NCBI GenBank assembly: GCA_046313635.1
Contig: JBKBYA010000002.1
Location: 480,001 to 544,000, forward strand
Reading direction: 5' to 3'
Source: Pyrinomonadaceae bacterium
Lineage (GTDB): Bacteria > Acidobacteriota > Blastocatellia > Pyrinomonadales > Pyrinomonadaceae
DNA: 64,000 bases
Part shown: positions 53,036 to 59,644 of the stretch, piece by piece
How positions within the stretch are numbered: position 1 is the stretch's first letter
How the letters are laid out: every line of letters starts with the position of its first letter
Made by a program: the position numbers and the translations under genes
The notes under the pieces: generated by a model
The model's input: only the letters and a program-made list of their open reading frames with translations
The model's database searches: none
Told to the model about the DNA's origin: nothing

Positions 53036-53179
53036 TTATACAACGAATAAGGCCGCGTTGATCGAGCGGCCGCAGCCGGCGGAGAGGGTGGAGAGCGAAT
53101 GCTCGTAATAATCGACCGTGTAGCCCAGATCGTTCTTAGGGAGTGCCGGGTGGCGAAATTTGGAGCGGACGTAGGTCAT
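53036..53179 (-). pseudogene. Duplicated 5' fragment of korB
   Basis: MTYVRSKFRHPALPKNDLGYTVDYYEHSLSTLSAGCGRSINAALFVV*; first 26 aa identical to KorB; direct repeat 53052-53179 vs 52298-52428. Confidence 0.95.
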
Positions 53180-53181
53180 CG

Positions 53182-53367
53182 TTACGGTTTCGGTATTCCA
53201 AGGTCCTTACAGATCTTGATGATCAAGTTGTCATTAATTTCGGAATGCCTCGGCACAGCCGAGCGGCGAGCCTGTTTTGGATTATGCCACCACGAATGAC
53301 TGCCGCCTTCGCGCAGCAACTCACACCCATGTTCCTGCAGATGCCTGATGAATGCACGTCGTTTCAC
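53182..53367 (-). CDS. hicA: HicA family toxin
   Basis: LQEHGCELLREGGSH..W...VPRH.EI...IKICKDLGI. Confidence 0.9.
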   Translation of the reverse strand: MKRRAFIRHLQEHGCELLREGGSHSWWHNPKQARRSAVPRHSEINDNLIIKICKDLGIPKP

Positions 53368-53576
53368 GCGGCGATGAGAGCTTCTTCAAAACCGGAACCG
53401 GCCATGCGGCGTGCGTCTTCGCGGTTGAACTCCAATGCTTCATGTAACGTCACACGAAGGCTCTCTATCAACTCTTCTCGCGTCGCCTCCTGACAGTTGA
53501 CGCCCGGCACTTCCGCGATCCAGCCGATCCACCAATCGCCGTCCTGTTTAACCACTGCGGTGTAGTTGTTCTTCAT
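53364..53576 (-). CDS. hicB: HicB family antitoxin (short form)
   Basis: YTAVVKQDGDWWIGWIAEVPGVNCQEATREE. Confidence 0.9.
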   Translation of the reverse strand: MKNNYTAVVKQDGDWWIGWIAEVPGVNCQEATREELIESLRVTLHEALEFNREDARRMAGSGFEEALIAA

Positions 53577-53583
53577 TCTGAAG

Positions 53584-53670
53584 CTATCTTATCACGCCAC
53601 TCAAATCCGAATTGCGATATCGACTGCCCATCTCGATGACAGTTATGTCATTGACGATCTCACGGTCCAT
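53584..53670 (-). other. 28-aa mini-ORF or gene remnant coupled to the korA stop
   Basis: TAATG overlap with korA stop; MDREIVNDITVIEMGSRYRNSDLSGVIR*. Confidence 0.4.
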
Positions 53671-55664
53671 TACACGCGATCCTTGATCTGCCTGTAGATG
53701 TTGTCTGCCGTGATCGGCGTACCGTCGTAGTTGAGAACGGAGATCAGCTTTGCCGGGTCCGCGCCGAACTCGATCATCATCAGGCTGCGGAACTGCGCGT
53801 CGCGGTTCTGCTCGATGACAAAGACCCGCTCGTGCGTCTCGACAAACTCGACGAACGCTTGACCGAACGGAAATGCCCGCGGCCGCATCGCGTCGAGCAC
53901 GATGCCCTTTTCGGCGAGCATGTCCATCGCCTCCTCGGCGGCGTAGGTCGAGGTGCCGAAAAAGATCATTCCGTACGGCGAGCGATTCGCCGCCTGGAAA
54001 AATTCGGGCTGCGGCACGAGCCGCTTGGCCGTTTCCCACTTGCGTGCGAGCCGGTCGACGTTTCGCTGGTAAGCTTCGCCGTCCTCGGTGTAAACGGCGT
54101 ACTCGTCGCGTGACGAGCCGCGCGTCACAAATGCGCCTCGCGTCGAGTGCGTGCCGGGAATAGTGCGGTACGGTATGCCGTCGCCGTCGATGTCGACGTA
54201 TCGGCCGAACTTCCCTTTGAACTGCTCGAGCGGCTGCGTTACGTTCTGATCGCCGTGCGGCTGGGCGTCGGCCTCGCTCAATATCGCGTCGGCTGTATCG
54301 AACGTGTCTTCTCGCGCGGCGTCTTCAAGATTTGCGCGCAAGCCGTTGCCGTTTGTTACGGCCGACGAAGCGTCGCCCGCTGCGGACAAGAGCGTCCGCG
54401 CCCCGGCGTAGATCTGGTCGAGCTGCTCGGATGTCAAAACCTTGCCGCGGTCGTACCGGCGCGAGTCGTCCCAGACGAGCGGGTCGGTGACGTGATCGTT
54501 CATCCCGAGATCGAGATCGGTCATCACGATGACGGGCGTCTGCAGCCGCTCGGTCAGGTCAAATGCATCGACGGTCATTTCAAACGCTTCTTTCGGCGTC
54601 GACGGGAAGAGCAAGGGATGCTTTGTATCGCCGTGCGAAGCGTACGCCGCGAGCAGAATGTCGGACTGCTGAGTCCGCGTCGGCATCCCGGTCGAAGGGC
54701 CGGTGCGCTGCACGTCGATCAAAACCGTCGGTACCTCGGCAAAATAGCCGAGACCGAGAAACTCGTTCATCAGCGACAGGCCCGGCCCGCTCGTCGCGGT
54801 GAATGCGCGGGCGCCGTTCCAGCAGGCGCCCATCACCATGCCGATCGCGGCGAGCTCGTCCTCGGCCTGGACGATCGCAAAATTGTTCTTGCCCGTCTCG
54901 GCGTCGACGCGGTACTTCGCGCAGTACTTTGCAAAGGCGTCGACGACGGACGTCGAAGGCGTGATCGGGTACCACGCCGCGACGGTCGCACCCGCATAAA
55001 CGGCGCCGAGCGCGCAGGCGGAGTTGCCGCTGTACAGAATCTTGTCGCCAAGCAGATCTCGCCGCTCGACGCGCAAATTGAAGGGGCAATCAAAGTTGTC
55101 ACGCGCGTACTCGACGCCGAGATTCAGGGCCTTAATATTCGGCTCGATGAGCTTTTCCTTTCCCTTGAACTGGTCGCCGATCAAACCCTCGAGCACCGCA
55201 AAGTCGATATCGAACAGCGTGGACAGCGCGCCGATATAGACGATGTTCTTAAAGAGCTGCCGCTGCCGCGCGTCGGTGTACTCGGCGTTGCAGATCGCCG
55301 TCATCGGGATCGGAATGTGGGTAATGTCGGTGCGGTCGTAGTCGGGAGCGAGCGGCTTGGTGCTGTCGTAGACGAAGTATCCGCCCGGCAGCACGTCGGC
55401 GTAATCCTTTTTCATCGACTGCGGGTTGACCGCGACCATCAGGTCGATGCCGGCACGGCGGCCGAGATATCCCTTTTCGCTGACGCGCACCTCGTACCAT
55501 GTCGGCAGGCCCTGGATGTTCGAGGGGAAAATATTCTTCGGCGTCACGGGCACGCCCATTCTAAAGACGGCCTTGGTAAACAATGCGTTCGCCGACGCCG
55601 AACCCGTGCCGTTGACGTTGGCAAAGCGGACTACAAAATCGTTGATCTTGGTTTCAGTGCTCAT
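53670..55664 (-). CDS. korA: 2-oxoacid:acceptor oxidoreductase alpha subunit
   Basis: NGTGSAS, WYPITPST, QAEDELAA, TSGPG, QRTGPSTGMPT. Confidence 0.93.
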   Translation of the reverse strand: MSTETKINDFVVRFANVNGTGSASANALFTKAVFRMGVPVTPKNIFPSNIQGLPTWYEVRVSEKGYLGRRAGIDLMVAVNPQSMKKDYADVLPGGYFVYDSTKPLAPDYDRTDITHIPIPMTAICNAEYTDARQRQLFKNIVYIGALSTLFDIDFAVLEGLIGDQFKGKEKLIEPNIKALNLGVEYARDNFDCPFNLRVERRDLLGDKILYSGNSACALGAVYAGATVAAWYPITPSTSVVDAFAKYCAKYRVDAETGKNNFAIVQAEDELAAIGMVMGACWNGARAFTATSGPGLSLMNEFLGLGYFAEVPTVLIDVQRTGPSTGMPTRTQQSDILLAAYASHGDTKHPLLFPSTPKEAFEMTVDAFDLTERLQTPVIVMTDLDLGMNDHVTDPLVWDDSRRYDRGKVLTSEQLDQIYAGARTLLSAAGDASSAVTNGNGLRANLEDAAREDTFDTADAILSEADAQPHGDQNVTQPLEQFKGKFGRYVDIDGDGIPYRTIPGTHSTRGAFVTRGSSRDEYAVYTEDGEAYQRNVDRLARKWETAKRLVPQPEFFQAANRSPYGMIFFGTSTYAAEEAMDMLAEKGIVLDAMRPRAFPFGQAFVEFVETHERVFVIEQNRDAQFRSLMMIEFGADPAKLISVLNYDGTPITADNIYRQIKDRV
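54382..54404 (-). repeat. Single REP-like copy inside korA
   Basis: GGGGCGCGGACGCTCTTGTCCGC on the minus strand, read as GARTLLSA. Confidence 0.75.
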
Positions 55665-55762
55665 CGGTTGTGGCTGTGTGCGGTCTCGCTCCACGCATCG
55701 AGCATAGGCCAGGTCGGGCCGCGATTAAAGTCGGGACGTCCCGGTTGCGGGCAGACGTCATA

Positions 55763-56314
55763 TCAAACGACCAACTTTCCCCGGAACCCCCTCGCTCCAT
55801 AGTACGACTCGGCACCGTTATGATACGTGAAGACGCGGCCGAACCGGCGGTCGCAGAATATCGCCCCGCCCAGTTTGCGGACGTCGTCGGGTGTCTTGAC
55901 CCAGCTCGACGTCTTGAGGTCGAATTCGCCAAGTTCCTGCAGCGCTCGATACTCGGCCTCGTCGAGTATCTCGATGCCGATCTCGCGGGCCGTCGTGATC
56001 GCGTCGCTCGCAGGTTTATGTTCTCTTCGCGATTCCCATGCGGCGCGGTCGTAGCACAGGCTGCGGCGGCCTTTGGGCGACTCGGGCGAGCAGTCGACGA
56101 AGCAGATCTCATTGCCGAACCTCACCACGTCGGGCTCGCCGCCCGTTCGTTCCATCTCGGCGAGGACTGCGAGGACCGAGTCATCGAGGCGTTTCTCGAT
56201 GTCAGGCCATTCGAGGCCTTTGTGAAGATCGGTATTTTCCTCAAAACGCTCCTTTAGCGTGGTAAGAAGCTCGGCTCCGTGTTCGGGTGACAGCGCGGGT
56301 GGCAGTTTTTTCAT
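55763..56314 (-). CDS. DUF4256 family protein
   Basis: MERTGGEPDVV, DCSPESPKGRRSLCYD, FDLKTSSW, YHNGAESYY..RGFRG. Confidence 0.85.
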   Translation of the reverse strand: MKKLPPALSPEHGAELLTTLKERFEENTDLHKGLEWPDIEKRLDDSVLAVLAEMERTGGEPDVVRFGNEICFVDCSPESPKGRRSLCYDRAAWESRREHKPASDAITTAREIGIEILDEAEYRALQELGEFDLKTSSWVKTPDDVRKLGGAIFCDRRFGRVFTYHNGAESYYGARGFRGKLVV

Positions 56315-56321
56315 TCTTATC

Positions 56322-56580
56322 GACCGCGTAGCGGTCAAATGATCTTAGCCGTGGGTTTCAACCCACGGAACGTCGAGAAATATCGTTGTCGTCGCGTAGC
56401 GACGATTGAATTACAACGTTCGTTCGATTCATTCGTCGCGACGCGACGAGGTTTTTGTTTTCATCCTAACCGTGGGTTGAAACCCACGGCTAAATTCAAA
56501 CGTCGCTACGCGACGACGTTCGATATTCCCTTATCACCGTGGGTTGAAACCCACGGCTAAATTCAAACACCGCTAAGCGG
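56322..56580. repeat. Composite palindromic element, copy 1
   Basis: GACCGCGTAGCGGTC and CGTCGCGTAGCGACG hairpins alternate with CCGTGGGTT(TC/GA)AACCCACGG at 56349, 56470 and 56537. Confidence 0.9.
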
Positions 56581-56907
56581 CTGACGGCTGAGGCGTCGTG
56601 TTCTTCGCTTTCTTCCAAACGAACCTCCCGGCGAAGATCGCGACCTGTGCGAGCAGGGCGCAGCCGAAGCCGTTGTTGCCGCCGACGAGTGCATTCAAAG
56701 CTATCCACGACCCGGCACCTAACACCGCCCAGACTAGCCCGAGGTACATCCAGTAGCCGGTGAGGATCGCGAGCGGAATAAACACCATCTGCGTAAAGCG
56801 CTGGTACTCGGCGGCCTCGGCCACGGGTTGATAGACGTATCCGACCACCGGTATCACCGAGACAGGTGCACGACGCGAAGGATGATGCGTTTTGTGCTTG
56901 GTCTCAT
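56573..56907 (-). pseudogene. Small membrane protein, frameshifted
   Basis: ATG overlapping the DHFR-like stop reads MRPSTKRIILRVVHL, then shifts frame near 56860 into VIPVVGYVYQP... Confidence 0.55.
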
Positions 56908-57464
56908 AGAGGCTCCCTCCGTGTTGGTTCGTAATAAAGGATGATCACACCGGAAGCGAACGGTTTTGTGTTGAGGAGCTCCAGGTCGAGGCGGTCGGTG
57001 ATGTTCTTGAACAGCGTCAGGCCTGAACCGATGACCATAGGCTGAATGCCGAGCTGGTATTCGTCGATCAGGCCAAGCTGCGTGAACTGCACGATCATGC
57101 TTGGGCTGCCGACTATAATGTCCCTTTGTTCCCGTCGCTTAAAGTCGAGTATCTCGTCTTTGACGAGTTGCCGTTTGAGTTCGGTATTCTTCCAGTCGAC
57201 GCTCGTGAGAGTGCGTGAATAAACGATCTTGGAAAGATCGTCGATTACTTCGACGAAATCATCCGTCACCTTGTTCCCGGTCGGACTCTCGGCGATGGGC
57301 CGCCAGTATTCCATGAGTTGGTAGGCGATCCGGCCCCAAATTGCGACGGCGGAGCTACGCAGCAACTCCGTGTAATGCTCATGCAGCTCGTCGTCCGCGA
57401 TCCCCGCCGTGTGGTCGCAGAAGCCGTCGACGGTCATGTTCATTGCGGCGATTATCTTTCCCAT
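56904..57464 (-). CDS. Dihydrofolate reductase / RibD C-terminal family protein
   Basis: MTVDGF, WGRIAY, KIVYSRTL, GSPS, LIDEY, GSGLTLF. Confidence 0.85.
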   Translation of the reverse strand: MGKIIAAMNMTVDGFCDHTAGIADDELHEHYTELLRSSAVAIWGRIAYQLMEYWRPIAESPTGNKVTDDFVEVIDDLSKIVYSRTLTSVDWKNTELKRQLVKDEILDFKRREQRDIIVGSPSMIVQFTQLGLIDEYQLGIQPMVIGSGLTLFKNITDRLDLELLNTKPFASGVIILYYEPTRREPL

Positions 57465-57536
57465 ATTTAGAAAAACCGGCGTTTGAGTGCTTTGTATATG
57501 GTCTTTGCGCGCTCAAACGTTTGAGGCGGCGTAAGA

Positions 57537-58520
57537 TCATCCAACGTAAAAGACGGCATCGAATAATTCGCTTTTTTTCACCAGCATTTGGCTGCCGCTA
57601 AGCGTTTCTTCATTACTTCTGACATCTACAAAATTAAACCACTCCAGGAAGCGGTCAAAAGTCCGAATACGATAGCAGCTTCTGAAATTGCTCTCGGGCG
57701 TGCTGTAGGAGTCGCCTTGAAATTGTTGCAATGCCATCGGAAATGCGGTCAGAAATTTTTCAGTGTAGAAATCCTTGTGCGTCTCGTTGTCTCCGAATCG
57801 AGCCACTAGATACAAGGAAAATCCAAAGGCCTGGCGACACAGTGAGAAATGTGGATAGAAATCGTTGTAGGCCCAATTAAACTTTCTTGTAAAAGCGTGA
57901 AAAACAATACGGAAAAGCTCGCTGCGCGCGGCCGGAGCAAGCATCTTTTCGCCCATCTTGGTCAATACGAGTTTTCCGTGAAGCTTTCTGACAAGGCCGG
58001 ATATACGGACAATGGCGTGGAGCGTTCGCATGACACTTGAATCGTCTTCGTAACGGAGTTTGATAAAGCCTTCGTCAATCGGCCATTGTCTTACGAAGTG
58101 ATGATCGTAGAGTTCGACAAGCGTTTTGCGAGGCAGCGCACCGAGTTTCTCGGTCAGCTTGATGCTGCCATCTCGCTTGACGATCTTCAGAAATTCCTCG
58201 ACAAGGCGGAAGAATCCGATCTTGTTGAGAACGTCATGACCAATAAGCGGCCTGAACTGGATCGGCGAATTCTTTTCCAGCGGGTAATAAAAAAGGAAGT
58301 GCATTTCATCCGACGATAAGCCGGCAAACTCATGCCGCGGAGCGCGATTATGACTTTCCACAACCGTTTGAATTTCGGCGTTAAGCTCGTCGAGCGATTC
58401 GCCGCTGAAGTTCTTTGCAAGCTCAGCGACCCTGGCCCTAAATGAGTCCTCACCTGTGAGGCGAGATGCTTTAGTCTTTAGCTGTTCCAGGAATTCTTCA
58501 TATTTCATAATCTCGATCAT
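57537..58520 (-). CDS. Hypothetical protein, AT-richer than flanks
   Basis: 327-aa ORF; no family recognised. Confidence 0.65.
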   Translation of the reverse strand: MIEIMKYEEFLEQLKTKASRLTGEDSFRARVAELAKNFSGESLDELNAEIQTVVESHNRAPRHEFAGLSSDEMHFLFYYPLEKNSPIQFRPLIGHDVLNKIGFFRLVEEFLKIVKRDGSIKLTEKLGALPRKTLVELYDHHFVRQWPIDEGFIKLRYEDDSSVMRTLHAIVRISGLVRKLHGKLVLTKMGEKMLAPAARSELFRIVFHAFTRKFNWAYNDFYPHFSLCRQAFGFSLYLVARFGDNETHKDFYTEKFLTAFPMALQQFQGDSYSTPESNFRSCYRIRTFDRFLEWFNFVDVRSNEETLSGSQMLVKKSELFDAVFYVG

Positions 58521-58626
58521 GGCGCGGTATTCGATTTTTCGACGCGGATGCCGCAGACGGGGCCGGTGATTAGGTGTTGAGTAGCTCCTATGTTCTCAAA
58601 TTAGATGAACTCTCCGAATCAAATTC

Positions 58627-58800
58627 GACCGCGTAGCGGTCTCGTGAATTTAGGAAACGTCGAATACAAACATTGTCGTCGCGTAGCGACGGTTGAATAA
58701 CGCCGGCATATGATTCATTCGTCGTTGCGCGACGAAAACGTTATCGCATCGTGTCCGCGGGTTGAAACCCACGGCTAAATTCTTTTGCCGCTACGCGGCC
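58627..58800. repeat. Composite palindromic element, copy 2 (first CCGTGGG hairpin deleted)
   Basis: Collinear with 59300-59496; ends CTAAATTCTTTTGCCGCTACGCGGCC. Confidence 0.9.
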
Positions 58801-58830
58801 TCGGAATCGCGGCAAACGTCAGGCGATGCA

Positions 58831-59274
58831 TCAATCAAACAAATACCGTTCATCATAATTCACCCCGTGAAGCCTCAATAGCGAGACCTATTCATCCTCA
58901 AACGAATGTCGCTGGTGATGATCCCGCTGATTCTTAATGTATTCAACCACCGACGGTACACTCGACTTGCTGACGGTGAAGACGCCGTAACCGTCCTGCC
59001 ATCCAAAGTTCCCGTGAGTCTCATTCATCCATTTCGACGATTCGCCTTTCAGCCATTGCGCGATCTGGCTCGGAGAATGTATCGGTTCGGACATCGTACA
59101 GATGTGAATGTGGTTTTCGATCCCGCCTACCTGGACGGCCGTGAGATCGTGCTGTCTTGCGATGCCGCCGATGTAGGCCCAAACGCGTTCCTCGATATCT
59201 CGGTGGATGAGATCGGCACGTCCTTTGGTGCTGAAGACGAAATGGTGAAAAAGGTTTGAATAGGTGTTTGCCAT
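58831..59274 (-). mobile_element. tnpA: IS200/IS605-family Y1 HUH transposase (RAYT-like context) with premature TAG
   Basis: HFVFSTK, NHIH (HUH), WQDGYG, YIKNQ; TAG at 58888-58890 is followed in frame by VSLLRLHGVNYDERYLFD*. Confidence 0.88.
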
Positions 59275-59299
59275 CTATGCGGTGCAGCCGTCGTCGTTT

Positions 59300-59496
59300 G
59301 GCCGCGTAGCGGTCGCATGATTTTAGCCGTGGGTTTCAACACACGGAAACGTCGAATGAAAACGTTGTCGTCGCGTAGTAGCGACGGTTGAACGATCCCC
59401 AAGATGTAATTCAATCGTCGCTACGCGACGAAAACCTTATCGCATCGTGTCCGTGGGTTGAAACCCACGGCTAAATTCTTTTGCCGCTACGCGGCC
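59300..59496. repeat. Composite palindromic element, copy 3
   Basis: About 197-bp imperfect inverted repeat built from the same two hairpin motifs. Confidence 0.9.
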
Positions 59497-59644
59497 TCGC
59501 TGGTCGACCTGTATGGCAGGCGTAAAAAGGATTGCCGAAAACCCAATCCCCCATTTGTGAAGAAGAACGACAAATAGGAGTATTCGTTGCTTCGACATAT
59601 CGCTAGCTCACGGATCGCAGCACCCACACTTCACTCAACGAGAA

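Noticed and set aside
56339..56560. 73-aa ORF, and 59127-59414
   Set aside because: Translations of the palindromic repeat elements.
55763..58520. Integron cassette array with attC sites
   Set aside because: No tyrosine integrase in the window and no convincing RYYYAAC/GTTRRRY boxes; the hairpins fit Y1-associated repeats better.
52633..58890. Stop-codon reassignment or Sec/Pyl readthrough explaining the in-frame TGA and TAG
   Set aside because: TGA and TAG terminate many ordinary genes here, and both cases are in decaying accessory genes.
58831..59274. IS605 element with tnpB or an omega RNA
   Set aside because: No tnpB or iscB ORF adjacent.
56322..59496. CRISPR array
   Set aside because: Repeats occur in both orientations with irregular, partly conserved spacers, and no cas genes are present.
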